64,000 nt of DNA from Eledone cirrhosa (lineage: Eukaryota). A model generated the notes under the pieces. The model was not told where the DNA came from and did no database searches. It was given only the letters and a program-made list of their open reading frames with translations. Both the position numbers and the translations under genes were made by a program. The DNA is taken from positions 69,378,001-69,442,000 of the forward strand of contig OZ024741.1 in NCBI GenBank assembly GCA_964016885.1, written 5' to 3'. This document shows, piece after piece, positions 27,325 through 44,027 of the stretch (the stretch's first letter is position 1; each line of letters begins with the position of its first letter).

Positions 27325-28966
27325 ATATATTTATTGATAATAACAACAATTCAAAATATCAGTTCAAAATTGACCAATGAAAACACAAAGGGTTAAAAGC
27401 AGTTCGGTGTGTGTATATACATGTAAAATCCTTACACATATTTTACAAAAATGTGTGTATAATTTGTATACGCATACTAAAAGGATGGATGCAAACACAA
27501 AATTTCAAGGTTAATATCTCTGTAAGCTTAATGCGCTGATAAGATGCGCATTGATACTTATGGAGTCAAGCATATAAATATATTTTTTCATACTCACACA
27601 TATCAGTATAATCACACATACATGCGCGTATATGCATAAATATACACATAACCACGAACATACAAACACACACACTCCCCCACTCACATTTATATATGTG
27701 GATATAAAATCATAAGCACATAGAAATTAAGTCACTCACATAAAACACTGGCACACACATTTCATATATCTGCTTTATGTATTGTATACCTAATTAACAT
27801 ATACTAATTAACGTATACTATTGAAATAAATATATAATTTTTAATTTAGTTAACATATAATTTATATGCTACTACCGATGTAATACTTTATTTTATTTTT
27901 ATTTGGGTTTCTTTTCCCTATTACTAAATTCATCTCCTAATATTGATACCATAACGTTATTAACTTTAATTTAGTTATAATGTAATTAATAATCTACTAC
28001 TGTTTGACTTCAAAATTCTGCTTCAAATATTATAAACCTAACTAATTTACACCTTAGAAATCAATATGTTGACTATCTTTGGTTTAGTTAACATATGATT
28101 AATGGTATACTTATTTATTTTGAGATGCATAGATTTCGTATTTCCTAGCACTGAAAATATGTAAGAACATACATTGAATTAAGATACGGAAAATATTATA
28201 TGTTTCTTGAAACATATATTTACTTTGATCCCCTTCTCCAAACCCCCCCTTTCCCCCATACTATTATCATCTGTATTTGTAAGCGTCTATGTATGAATAT
28301 ATATGTAGGTAGGTGTCTATATAGGTTTGGGTATTTATATCTAAATATAAAAATACATATATGAGCATGTAAATATGAATGTAAGATTGTGTGTGTATAT
28401 ATGATTGTACATACATATGTATGTATATATATGTATATATATGCATTATATATGTATGTGTATGTGAATGTGTTGTATGTATATGTGTATGTATGTGTAT
28501 ATATGTGTATGTATGTGTATGCTTGTATATATAGGAATATATATATGTGTATATATGTATGTATATGTATATGCGTGTATGTATGTATGTGTATGTGTGT
28601 TGTGTATATATATGTATGTCTCTCTATTTATATGTTTATCTTCGTATCTATGTGATATATGTGTGTGTGTGTGCACGTATGCATATGTATGTGTTTGTGT
28701 GGTTTTGTATGTGTGTGTGTATATATGTGTATGTGCGCACACACACATACACATATATATATATATATGTGAGTGTGTATGTGTGTCTGTGTGTGTGTGT
28801 GTGTGTGTATGTGTATATATATATATATATGTATGTGTATATATATATATAGATATATATATATATATATATATAGGTGTCTATGTGTGAATATATGTCT
28901 TTATTCGTATGTGTGTATTTATGTATGTATATATTTATGTGTATGTATGTATGTGTATGTATGTAT

Positions 28967-28998
<32 letters not shown>

Positions 28999-29159
28999 GT
29001 ATATATATATATGTATATTATTCTTTATTATTATAATATAACTTATGTGTATGTGTGTATAAGTGAGGTTGTGTATGTATATATAATATGTGTATATATA
29101 AGAGTAATAAAATATATATATATATATATATATGTGCATGTCTGTTTTTTATGTGTGTG

Positions 29160-29195
<36 letters not shown>

Positions 29196-29287
29196 TATAC
29201 GTGTGTGTATATAGATATATATATATATATACATGTGGGTGTTTGTATGTGTATTTATGGTGGTATGAGTGTGTGGATATATATGTT

Positions 29288-29319
<32 letters not shown>

Positions 29320-29325
29320 AGTCTA

Positions 29326-29376
<51 letters not shown>

Positions 29377-29692
29377 ATATATATGTGTGTATGTATATAT
29401 ATATGTGTATGTATGTGTGTATATATATATATCTCTATTATTGCGTGTGTGTATGTATATACATATGCCTTTTTATTATTATTTTTATTTGTATGCCTGA
29501 GTTTGGTGAGGTTGTATTGTTTTTTATGTATATACACATATATGGAAGCGTATGTATTTATATATATGAGTATAAGTAGGTGCATATGTATGTATGATTA
29601 TATATCTAATTCTATGTATGAAGGTACATCTATATATATATATATACGTGTGTATGTAAGTTGTGTGTGTATGTATCTATATGTCTATGTGA

Positions 29693-29738
<46 letters not shown>

Positions 29739-29827
29739 CGATGTGCGTATATGTATGTACATGTATGTACATGTATGTGTGTATGTATGTGTATGTATAT
29801 TTAGATGTATGTGTATGTATATGTATA

Positions 29828-29900
<73 letters not shown>

Positions 29901-30718
29901 ATATATATATATATGGATATATATCTTTATTATCTATTTTTTATATATATGTGTATGTGTGTATGTGTTGCGCGTGTGTATGTGTATATATATATCTTTT
30001 TATATGTGTATGTGTATGTTCGTGTAAGTGTATGTGTGTGTATGACTGTATATGTATGTGTGTATGTGTGTATGCGTAAATATCTCTATGTGCGCGTACA
30101 TGTATGTATGTGTATATATATCTGTATGTGTATGTATATTATATTATATTTATTATATTTTATTGTTTTATTTTTTTATTTTTCTTAATTTATAGATACA
30201 TTTATATTAGGCAGTCTGCTCAGACAATTGAATACTGACCCCTCCCCCCCCTCCCACCTAATTTCTGTATCTTGATCTTGAAATGTGTGTGCCAGTGTTT
30301 TATGTGAGTGACTTAATTTCTATGTGCTTATGATTTTATATCCACATATATAAATGTGAGTGGGGGAGTGTGTGTGTTTGTATGTTCGTGCTTATGTGTA
30401 TATTTATGCATATACGCGCATGTATGTGTGATTATACTGATATGTGTGAGTATGAAAAAATATATTTATATGCTTGACTCCATAAGTATCAATGCGCATC
30501 TTATCAGCGCATTAAGCTTACAGAGATATTAACCTTGAAATTTTGTGTTTGCATCCATCCTTTTAGTATGCGTATACAAATTATACACACATTTTTGTAA
30601 AATATGTGTAAGGATTTTACATGTATATACACACACCGAACTGCTTTTAACCCTTTGTGTTTTCATTGGTCAATTTTGAACTGATATTTTGAATTGTTGT
30701 TATTATCAATAAATATAT

Positions 30719-30873
30719 TTCATTATTTCTGAAGACGGCGTATATATGTGTTAGGTATGTATATTTAATCTTGATAATTTGTATAATTTTGTATAATTTT
30801 GTACATAGATCTGTTGAATATGCATGCCAATTATAACACATGTATACCCTAGAAACGATCGTTAAATAATGAA
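30719..30873 (+). ncRNA. Type I hammerhead ribozyme with ~115-nt stem II
   Basis: ttcattattt-CTGAAGA-[long helix]-GAAA-cgatcg-TT|aaataatgaa. Stem I is 10 bp perfect. Stem II helices gtatatatgtgtta/taacacatgtatac and ggtatgtatatttaa/ttgaatatgcatgcc include G-U pairs. Confidence 0.8.
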
Positions 30874-31058
30874 CTTTTTTTGTTTAATATAAGGAATTGT
30901 TTATTCATTATTTGTTTAATATTTTATCTTGACTCTGTATACCGTTTATCTTTCACCGAAAGTGGATTTTCATTACATCTCTTCTTTCCATGATATCCGG
31001 AATACATTGAGTTCTTCATACGGATTGGACACTACCGTAAACTCTTGGTAGATTTATC

Positions 31059-31138
<80 letters not shown>

Positions 31139-31141
<3 letters not shown>

Positions 31142-31570
31142 CACATGGCTTAGTGGTTAGAGCATTGGGCTTGCAATCGAAAGGTTGTGAGTTCAATTCT
31201 CAGACCGGGTGATGTTGTTTCCTTGAGCAAGACACTTTATTTCACATTGCTCCAGTTTACTCAGCTGTAGAAATGAGATGATAGGACTGGGGTCCCTATC
31301 ATTCCACTGCAAAGTGGTTGTGGAGGTGCCACAGCAAAAAAGCACCCAGCCCACACTGTAAAGTGGTCGTGTAGGCGCCACGGAAAAAAAGCACCCACCA
31401 CTCATTGTAAATGAGGTTGGTGTTAGGAAGGGCATCCTGCTGTAGAAATCAAGCCAGAATCAGTTCCCGTATGAGCAAGACAAGGTCAGCTGACCGGACA
31501 CTGCCCATAACAGGACAACCCGTCTAACCCATGCTAGCGTAGAATGGACGTAAAACGGTGATGATGATGA
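31139..31570 (+). mobile_element. SINE family B, long-tail variant
   Basis: Same head as 22571. The tail matches the RTE subfamily 2 3' UTR (reverse complement of 1-190 and 32930-33190). Confidence 0.9.
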
Positions 31571-32072
31571 TATATATATATATATAGTCCAACGCATGCA
31601 AGCGGCTGTCAGATTGATGATATATATATATATACACACACAATGACAAAAGACAAGGTTAACAACCTACATTCATTCTTTATTTCACATATATTATTAT
31701 TATTATTATTATTATTTTATATATATATATTGTAAGGCTTTAAATGGGTGAAGAAGCTTATTCTAACTTTTTCTTTGGTTATATATAAATACATGGCAAA
31801 CTGGTGTATATTTTCTTAGGTACTCCAAGATTTCTGAAGTAAGTTGATCTTACTTTGTTCATCAGCAATCGGAACGTGTTTGTTTCAGCTCTCTGCACTC
31901 TGAGTTTAAATGTCTTTGAGGTCAACTTTGCCTCTCATCTGTTGATCAATAAAATGTCAGTTCAGATGAGGTAGACTGGCGGAATTGTTAATGATGCTTT
32001 GTAATATCTGATCTGGCTTGGTGTGTTCTGAGTCCAAACTCCACCACATTTCAAGAGTAGATAGTATCATAA

Positions 32073-32773
32073 TCTATAAAGCTCAGTGTGTGGTCATGCT
32101 CCTTTGTTATAGAAATCTACGATATAGAACTTCTTCAATTGAAATTTACAATTCAGTATTCGAAATAGCTTCAATTGCATCTTGATGCAGATAATTTTTT
32201 CAATTTCACCCACAATTACGCAAAAAATAGATAAAACTCAATATTTTACGATTTTTCTCTCTCATTTAAACTGCTGAACTCTTTCTACTACCATTCAAAA
32301 TCTATACAACTTCATACTTTCTGCTATTTTCTCTTTCCAAGCTTGATGGTGATACTGTCCGTTCACACCACTCCCTACTGTCTTAAATTTAGAAAACACA
32401 TATCCTCTATGAGGTCACTAAACCTGCTAGAAACAACAGCTCTCCCTCATATCACAACCCTCCCTACTGTCTTAAATTTAGAAAACACAGACAACCATGC
32501 AGAACAACTCCATCGCAGCTCTGTTGTTCGGCTGGCATCGTCTACGCGTGTGTTGCGCAAGTACTGTGAAACAATAAATTTCAACACTTTTTTGCACAGA
32601 GATAATATCCATAGGCGAAACTACAATTGTCACTGCTGGCGCAGCTCATGCTTCCAGGTCTGCAATTCATTCACCCAGTGCCTGGCAGACAAAAAAATGC
32701 TGCCATAAAATGGGTGTTGCAACCTAACTTTGGTAACTTAATGACCCCGAGCAACGCCGGGCTTTAATGCTAG
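32073..32773 (+). mobile_element. Non-autonomous Helitron
   Basis: 3' hairpin CCCG-agcaacgc-CGGG followed 8 nt later by CTAG|T. The candidate 5' end A|TCTATAAAG...GTGTGTGG is less certain. Confidence 0.65.
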
Positions 32774-32929
32774 TCAGTAATAGAAAGACCAATGGAAACA
32801 TTGTTTCCTTAGTCTAATCTAATGATCAGCTCTTTTTATTTTCATCATCATTACATATCTAGAAATGATAGCAAAATAACACAATGAGGAGAAACACATG
32901 AAACAATGCTGCTGCCTCAGCTACCCATT

Positions 32930-33300
32930 CATCATCATCATCATCATCATCACCGTTTTATGTCCGTTCTTCCACGCTAGCATGGGTTAGACGGGTTGTC
33001 CTGTTGTGGGCAGTGTCTGGTCGGCTGACCATGCCTTGCTCATACAGGAACTGATTTGGCTTGATTTCTACAGCTGGATGCCCTTCCTAACACCAACCTC
33101 ATTTACAGTGAGTGCTGGGTGCTTTTTTGTGGCGCCTACACGTCCACTTTACAGTGTGGGATGGGTGCTCTTTTGCCGTGGCACCTCCACGACCACCTTG
33201 CGGTGGGGGCATATTGTCTATATGCTTCAGCTTGTACCCATGGGAGGTCGGGTACTCTGTATTACTGCGTGACGCCAGAGGTCACGGTCGTGTGTCATTG
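32930..33300 (-). mobile_element. RTE subfamily 2 3' end
   Basis: Nearly identical to 1-317, with a (CAT)n tail at 32930-32951. Confidence 0.9.
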
Positions 33301-33382
33301 CCTTTAAGAATCGGTTACATAATCCAGTTTTGATACAAAGGGTGATACCAGGCCTATAGATGTATCAGTAGCTTACAAAACC

Positions 33383-33429
<47 letters not shown>

Positions 33430-33831
33430 TATGTGGTTGGCATTAGGAAGGGGATCCAGCTGTAAAAACCAAGCCAAAATCATTTCTGTATGAGAAAGGT
33501 GCGGTCAAAATGAGACAACTCATCTAACTCATGCTAGTGTGGGAAAATGGACATTAAATGGTGATGATGATGATGATGAATCAGTAAATTGCACTCTCCC
33601 TTTTCTTATATCTTTATCTGACCATCTCAACTTGCAAAGTGAATATGCTTTGATGAAGGAGATCTAATATGTTCAAAGCAAGCTGGCTTATAAACAAGGA
33701 CCTCTCCTGCTGCAAAGCCTAAATTGTTGCAAAATCTTTGGATCAGCCAAGGGTATAGGAATTATGTCCCTTACTTGTTTTCCATGAGTTAAATATCCCA
33801 ATGAATATTAATGATATATATATACACACAT

Positions 33832-33891
<60 letters not shown>

Positions 33892-33952
33892 TAGCTTTCA
33901 CCGTATTTTTTTTACTAAAGAAATTTTAGTCTGATAATGGTCTCACACTCAC

Positions 33953-34004
<52 letters not shown>

Positions 34005-34932
34005 GTGAGTGTGAGACCATTACGATCATTTCAATTTTCATATCCAATTCAGGATATAGCTGTCATGTTGTCATATTGTATTTGGAAAAGAATATACTTG
34101 ATTTTTCTTTCCCACCTGTTGGCTTTCTCAAATATATTGTCAGGCTTGAGGCCCTTTTTTAATGTGTGTGTAGTAGGCAAAATGGATGTTAAATGCTGAA
34201 GAAAAAGATTATATATATATATATATGATTTTCAGAAAGGTATTGATTGACAAGTTATATTTTCATATTGAAATATATTTATTATAGATATTGCATATGA
34301 TTTGGTATATACATTTATTCAAGTACTTTTGGTTTTATATATATTTCATCATCATTATCATAATTGTCGTTTTAACGCCTTCAGGGAAAGCAGACATTAA
34401 AACGATGATGATGATATATAATGCATAGATGCATATAGTTCACTCTGTATGTGGTGATGCTGGTTCTACAATATAAGTTCATTCACTTACTTTCAGATCT
34501 TCTTATATCATTGCACTTATATAAGTATACATATATGATATTTAGATACATTTTGTTTTGAATTATTATATATATTGCACTCTACAGAGAATACTGGGTG
34601 CATTTTCTCATGGCACCAGTACTAGGAAGGTTGTCATGTTCTTGACACGACTGAAGAGTCCATTCTACTCTGTTTTAGGTTGGTTTCTATGGCTGGGACC
34701 CCTTCCTAACCACCTTACATGCTGTACTGGCTGTGTTTTACTGTTTGTGTGTGAGAGTCCTCCAAACTAGTAGTGATAGACAAGACTGTGTTTTCTTACT
34801 TTTCTCTTTTTCTAAATGATTAGCAAAGTATAGTGTGGAAGGTGCAATATACTCAACAATACCTGTTGACAGTACCCGTCATGACCTCTGTTCTATGATT
34901 GGAAAGAAACACTAAAAAACTATAAGAAAGTA

Positions 34933-35127
34933 CCATATGTATATACTCGAATATAAGCCGACCCCCCCCCCCATTTTATGTGAAGAAATGGACAAAATTC
35001 AAGCCTCATAAACCAAGGCAGTTAATGAACACATTGTTTAGATGGCATATATACCCCCCCCCCACACACTATGTTTTACCATTGAGCTTTTGGTCACAAT
35101 CCTCGGCTTATATTTGAGTATATATGG
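34933..35127. mobile_element. Tc1/mariner-superfamily (Tc2/pogo-like) MITE
   Basis: Inverted repeats TATATACTCGAATATAAGCCGA and TCGGCTTATATTTGAGTATATA, with TA flanks. Confidence 0.7.
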
Positions 35128-35765
35128 TATATTTAGTATATTTATGATTATTACTCATTCAACACAAATTTCTGTGATCTTGACTAAGTGGAGCTATGGT
35201 CAAAGTTGTTTCATCTCTGACCTATGTGGCTGTTCTCTATTTAAGACTATCCATCTGTCATATCAAGTGAACTTAAACTTAGATGCTTTTTTTCTGTTTT
35301 GGCACTAGAAATCCCATGTTATAAAATAAATAGGATGGGTTGGGGGGTCTCCATATGTAAACTGAATTACTAATTCTGGTTTTTTAAAAGATCAATGGAG
35401 ACAACCTAGAAAAATTACCGATTCCCTCCCCCCCTGGTTATTCCACCCCACCCCTGCTTATTCCAACTCCCCCTATTATTTGGGACCCAAGAGTAAGTGT
35501 TGATGTTGTTCAGCCCCTAGTTACTGTTGAGTGAGCAAACCTTTATTCAAAGATGTTCTAGTCGTGGCCATCCTGTCTGTGTTTTAGGCGTAGCATTGAA
35601 TGTGTCCTTCATTTCTCTAGATGGTGGAGGAAATTTCACTGATATTTCTAGCAGGTCAAATGACCACATAAAGTTCCCCCTCATTAGCTTCTTTCTGTGG
35701 AAATATTGTTGTTATTGGAGTTGGCAGTGGGAGAGTTTAATGGATGAGTCAGGTGTTTGATGGAT

Positions 35766-36212
<447 letters not shown>

Positions 36213-36281
36213 TTGTTTTATTTCTGATTTTTATTTTCTGTTTCTCTCTGGTTCCATTCCCTTCTTTGTCTCTCCTTCCAT

Positions 36282-36590
36282 ACCACCACCATGACTACTA
36301 CTATTACCACCACCACCACTACTACTATTACCACTACTACTACTACCACTACTACCACCACCACTACCACCACCACAACTTCCACCACTACTACTACTTC
36401 CACCACCACTACTACCACCACTACCACCACCACAACTATCACCACTACCACCACCACAACTACCACCACCACCACAACTACCACCACCACTACCACCACT
36501 ACTACTACCACCACCATTACTACTACCACCACCACAACTACTACTACTACTACCACCACCACCACCACAACTACCACCACCACCACCACG
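36282..36590. repeat. (ACC/ACT)n trinucleotide tract
   Basis: Direct inspection. Confidence 0.9.
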
Positions 36591-37189
36591 ACCTCTTGGA
36601 TAGTTAAGGAAGACTTAGAGTAGGTGTTGCCATGGATCTTATTTTTTATTTAGTCTAGATATTGTTTAAAGACCTTCATCATATTCTTTTGAGGGAATCC
36701 CTTAACATATTCTTTGGAAGGGATGTCATAAAAGGAAGGAAGGAGTGAAAGAAAAAAGAAAGAAAGAAAGGGAAATAACAAACGGAAGAAGTCAAAAGAA
36801 AAAGAGACATGAAGGATTAATGCAGTGGTGGTGGTGGCGGTGGAGGTCTTTTCTTCTTCCCTTCTCTTTCATTGTCATCTGTTTTATTTTTTCTTTCGGT
36901 TTTTTTGTTTGTTTAATGTCATTCTTTCTCTTAGCTTATTAGAATCTTCTTCACCATCACTTCCCCTCCCAGCACACACTTCCTCCTCAACTGTTGCTGC
37001 TGTCACTATTACTAACGATATGGGTGGATGGTGTGGAGGCATTTATATATATATATGGATATATGTATGTGTGTGTGTAAGTGTGTACCCCCCACTCTGA
37101 AGCGTGAAACTAATATTAACATTTGTACTGCCTCTTCGCTTCCATATTGATTTTTGTTTACTGTCGCAACTATAAAATATATATATATA

Positions 37190-37995
37190 GTTTCAAAAAA
37201 AGCCCACATGGCAAAGTCTTTAGAATATACACCGCCCAACACAAGGTTAGTTATTAACGACATCAAAATAAACACAAGACAGAACAAGACACATGGGAAA
37301 ATATGGAGACAGAGGGTTTGGAAGCTAAAGGATCTTTCAGTTAGGCTAAGAAAGGCCCTACAGGATGCAGTAGATGAGAGAGGTGTTAAACTAGGTACAT
37401 ATAATGTAGAGGACAACTGGAAATTCTTCCGTGACAACCTTTTACAAACCACCAACAAGACGTGTGGCTGGAATAAAGCACCAACCACACAGAGAGTGAC
37501 TTGGTGGTGGAACAGCACAGTGAATAGAGCCATTAAAGCCAAGAAACAGATATGGAAAGACTTGAAAAATGGGGGTAGCAGACTGGTACCAGGTAGCTTA
37601 GAAAGAAGCTAAATGACAAGTATACACAGCTCAGAGAGGGGCTGAAAAACGTTTGTCAATGTCTTGAGATGTGAGGACCAGAAATATGAAGTGTTCTACA
37701 TTGCTAGGTAGTGTGTCAGTGTAAATTGAGATGTTGGGGGAAAATGTATTAGAAATGATGCTGCTGTACTTAGCACTACCAATGCCCTAAAGAAAGGTGA
37801 AGAAGTAACAGGAAATGGCAGTGGAAGGAAGCCACAGTAGAGATAGATGGAGAAAGACCTGGGCTGGGGTGGTGAGAGCTAACCTCAAATTGGTGAGACT
37901 CAATGGGAGATGATGAAGGAATGCAGCAAATGGAGAGATGCTGTGCTGAGAAAGCTCCATCTAATTCATGCGAGCATGGAAAAATGGATGATGAT
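37190..37995 (+). pseudogene. Old RTE LINE fragment (APE-RT linker joined to the 3' end)
   Basis: Peptide VWKLKD...VEDNWKFFRDNLLQTTNKTCGW...TWWWNSTVNRAIKAKKQIWK, then the tail CATGCGAGCATGGAAAAATGGATGATGAT. Confidence 0.75.
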
Positions 37996-38019
37996 ATATA
38001 TATATATATATATATAATA

Positions 38020-38155
38020 TAAAACGAAAAATCAGTGATGCATCTGAACTCAATTTATTGTGTGTTACAATTGTTTCGCCGGCAGACAGCTCGAGACGTG
38101 GTCATTGTGTGGATTTGTCTGATTCTGGACCCGCAGGTTCGACGGATACGTCTAA
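38020..38155 (-). mobile_element. TA-embedded pLTR fragment with a hammerhead 3' half
   Basis: Minus strand GGC-GAAAC-AATT-GTA|acac at 38062-38080. No CUGANGA was seen, consistent with 5' truncation. Confidence 0.45.
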
Positions 38156-38240
38156 TATATATATATATATATATATATTCATTTTATTAAGACTAAATAC
38201 TGAGTCTTGTTACTTTGGAGTTTCACCTGTTTATCACATG

Positions 38241-38285
<45 letters not shown>

Positions 38286-38974
38286 CAATATATATATAGA
38301 ATAGCAACTGAAGTTAAAGTGCATTCCAACATATCAGACAAGTGTGTGTGTGTGTGTGTTTTCCCGCGCGCGCGTATTTTTGTCTGGTTTGTCGGGGCAA
38401 GAAGGTGGTTCAAAAGTTATGACAACTAAATAATGCACATTCCTGTGTGCGCACACAACCATATACGCACAAACACACACAAACAAGTAAACATACATTC
38501 ACAAACATTCCTGTACACATGCATTCATTGTGCTCCTACATGTTCACATTGGCACAAGTTGATTCAGCTGTTGGAATAATAATAAACATTTTAATAATTT
38601 GGCATCATCATCATCATCACATCATCATCACCCCCACCACCACCATCATCACCATCTCCACCACTATCACCACCACTATCATCACTACCACCACCATCAT
38701 CATCATCATCACCACCAACACCACCATCATCACCACCACCATCATCACTATCATCATCATCATCATCACCACCAACACCACCATCATCACCACCACCATC
38801 ATCACTATCATCATCACCACCACCATCATCATATTCATCATCATCAATACCATGATCATAATTGGTGTACGTTAAAAATCATGCACATCTAAGCCATCAT
38901 CCTTATAATCATAATTGTTGCCATCATCATTATCATCAACACTATCATAAATGTGAAATCCTCTGCATTCTTAA

Positions 38975-39195
38975 CCCCTTACCATTTACATTACTCTATA
39001 TTTACTATTGTATTTTCACGGTAAAGGCTTTATCACACACAATTATCTCACATAATATTGAATCTACGAGGTTTTGATAGTATTTATTTTGAGTATAATA
39101 CCTTAACATAAGTATGAGCAGCCGGTTATGGTTGATTCGAACAGAAAGAGGTGAAAGAATTCTGGCCAGATATGGTCGATTTAAATGCTAAAGAG
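38975..39195 (+). mobile_element. piggyBac-like MITE family 1
   Basis: TTAA flanks; homologous to 4956-5159. Confidence 0.8.
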
Positions 39196-40554
39196 TTAAA
39201 CTTAACCGCTCCCTTAGCTTCTAGTTTTGGAAAGTGTTGATATCATCATCACCATCATCATTTAATGTCTAATTTCCATGCTTGCATGGGTTTGACTGCT
39301 TTTGTATGCTGAGACCAGGTGACTAGGTCCTGCTAGTACACTTTGTTTTATCTTGGTTTCTATGGCTAGATGCCCTTCTTAACACAAACCACTTTACAGC
39401 ATGAACTGAGAGCATTTTTACTGTGACACCAGCGTTCCCACCTTACAGGGTCAAGTGGGTGCTTTTCTTCATGGCACTAATACTATCACCTTAAAGAGTG
39501 GACTGGGTGCTTTTGTTGCTAATTCATTATTTATTTTTCTCCCTCTTTCTCTCACTCTCCCCTCCTTCCTCTTTACTCTACTTTCTCACACTCTATCTTG
39601 CTATCTCTCTTCCTCTCTGTCGTATTTTCCCTCTTTATCTTTCTCTATCTTACTCTCTCTCTTCCTCCCTATCTTCATAACCACCACTACCACCATCAAA
39701 ACCATCACTATCATAAACCTTCATTATCAACATAACCATAATAATTATTCATTTTGTTCATTACCACTCATCACCACCACCACCATAACCAATAACACCA
39801 CCATCACCACCAACATCACTATCACCACCATCACTACAACTACCATCACTATCATCACCACCACCATCATGACTGTAGCCAACCCCATATCACTGTGGAA
39901 GTTTTCTTTTATTTATTTCTTCCGCTACCCTTGTTTTAACTCCCTGTACCACCCCACCTCACCCACCTACTTCCTTCCTTCCTAGTATTCCTGTACACTC
40001 CTTCATTTATTCACCCATGGTGGTAGTGGTGGTGATGGTGGCAGTGGTAAGTCGTAGTGGTGATGGAAGAGGTGGTAGTAGTGGTGGTGTGGTGGAAGAG
40101 GTGGTTGTTGGTAGTGGTGGTGGTGGTGTTATGGTTGTGGTGATGTTTGTGATGGTGGTAGTGGTAGTAGTGGTGGTGGGGGGTGGGGGGGCGTCGTGAT
40201 GGTGGTGGTGGTAGTGATGTTGGTGATAGTTGTCTGTGGTGGTAGTGAACCCTTCTGATGATTCAGTGTTCTGTTATTGAAGACAGTCAATGTATTCTTG
40301 ACACCTTAATAACCACACCAGACACATGAAGTGTGTGTGTGTTGGAGAGAGTGAGGGGAGGAGTATATTGTATGAAGAAGTGAGAGAAAGAAAGAAAGAT
40401 AGTGTAAGGCAAATAGAGCAACAGTATCCCATTTTTTTTATTCTTCTGATTCAGTAATAATTATTCTCTGAAAAGTCCAACCACCAAAATCACAATCTGC
40501 ATCATTCCTTCACATGACAATCTAACACAGCCATCATAACTATCTTTTCATATA

Positions 40555-41636
40555 TCTATATATATAAAACTGATGTCTGTGTGTGTGTGTGTGTATGTGT
40601 CCCCTCATTTTTGCAAAGTCTATACAAATTCACATTTCTACTCCGATTGACTTCAAACTTGCATTTATATATTCCTTGCGGTCTAAAGATATTAACTGCA
40701 GCTTTTATTTTTCAATTTTCTGTTGTTAAAGGGGTGTTAGGCCTGGTTATCCATCTCCGTTGTGCTCTTATAATCTGTGTGTATGCCTGGCTCTCTGCAT
40801 TACGACATTCTGACGAACATTGATGACGTATTATGTTCGCTATTTTCCGTTCATTGCCAGGGAACGTCTTCACAAACCAAAGTATCGTCTTCTTGTTTTC
40901 CTTCAGTTGCAACGTTTTTCGAAATATTTACTTCTGCGTTCACAGATTGATGTTTTTAGTTTTAGAAGATCCCATTAAGGGTGAAAGCAACGATTCTTTG
41001 CTTAAACTTTAATCTATTTTAATCTATATATGTATATATATAAAACTGAAGAAGGATGTGTGTGTGTGTGTGTGAAACCCGAGAAGTACCCAACCGATCT
41101 TTTTCAAACTTTACATGTGTATTACTTATATTTCAGGGAGTGTTATGCACATGAAAAAAAATTCAACTTTTTGATCCCCTAGGGCCCGCATTAGGTGAAA
41201 AACTGCATTTTTTCCAGCTTTTTAGGTTTATTTTGAGGCCTTACGTCAGACTGATTTCCTTGAAATTGTAACTATGTATTAGTCAGTCTCTTCTTTATAC
41301 TGTGAGCAAAGAAAATTCAACTTTTTTATGGCCTAGGGCCTGCATTAGGTGAAAAACTTCATTTTTTCCAGCTTTTTAGGGCTTTTTTGAGGCGTTACGT
41401 CTAGCCGATTTTCCCGAAATTCCAAGGCATATTATGCAAATAAAAAAAAAATTCATTAGGTGAAAACCTGCCTTTTTCCTGCTTCATCGAGTAAAACCTT
41501 AGATTATCCAGCCATCAGAGTATTCGGTTTATTTTCTTTACATATTGTCTAGGCATGCAGTTTTTCCATGACTAGGTCTGTTGGCGGCCCGTGTTCCAAA
41601 ATACCTTATCCCGTGCAACGCCGGGTACCACTGCTA

Positions 41637-41637
<1 letters not shown>
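40555..41637 (+). mobile_element. Non-autonomous Helitron with two 5' starts (40555 and 41023) and one 3' end
   Basis: A|TCTATATA..TAAAACTGA..(GT)n occurs twice. The hairpin CCCG-tgcaacgc-CGGG at 41610-41625 is followed by CTAG|T at 41634-41637. There are internal ~153-bp repeats. Confidence 0.8.
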
Positions 41638-41679
<42 letters not shown>

Positions 41680-41701
41680 CAAAAGGGATATTTAATTTGT
41701 T

Positions 41702-41901
41702 NNNNNNNNNNNNNNNNNNNNNNNNNNNNNNNNNNNNNNNNNNNNNNNNNNNNNNNNNNNNNNNNNNNNNNNNNNNNNNNNNNNNNNNNNNNNNNNNNNN
41801 NNNNNNNNNNNNNNNNNNNNNNNNNNNNNNNNNNNNNNNNNNNNNNNNNNNNNNNNNNNNNNNNNNNNNNNNNNNNNNNNNNNNNNNNNNNNNNNNNNNN
41901 N
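41702..41901. other. Assembly gap (200 N)
   Basis: Run of N. Confidence 1.

Positions 41902-44027
<2,126 letters not shown>

Larger units (their letters stand above)
27116..31041 (+). mobile_element. ~3.9-kb non-coding Penelope-like element with ~649-bp inverted arms
   Basis: 27116-27764 is the near-perfect reverse complement of 30279-30927. A unique tail runs 30928-31041. Long (TA)n lies on both sides and each arm has a hammerhead. Confidence 0.8.

Noticed and set aside
27202-27396. Identical 64-aa ORFs at 27202 (+) and 30647 (-)
   Set aside because: By-products of the inverted arms, antisense to the ribozyme, with no protein features.
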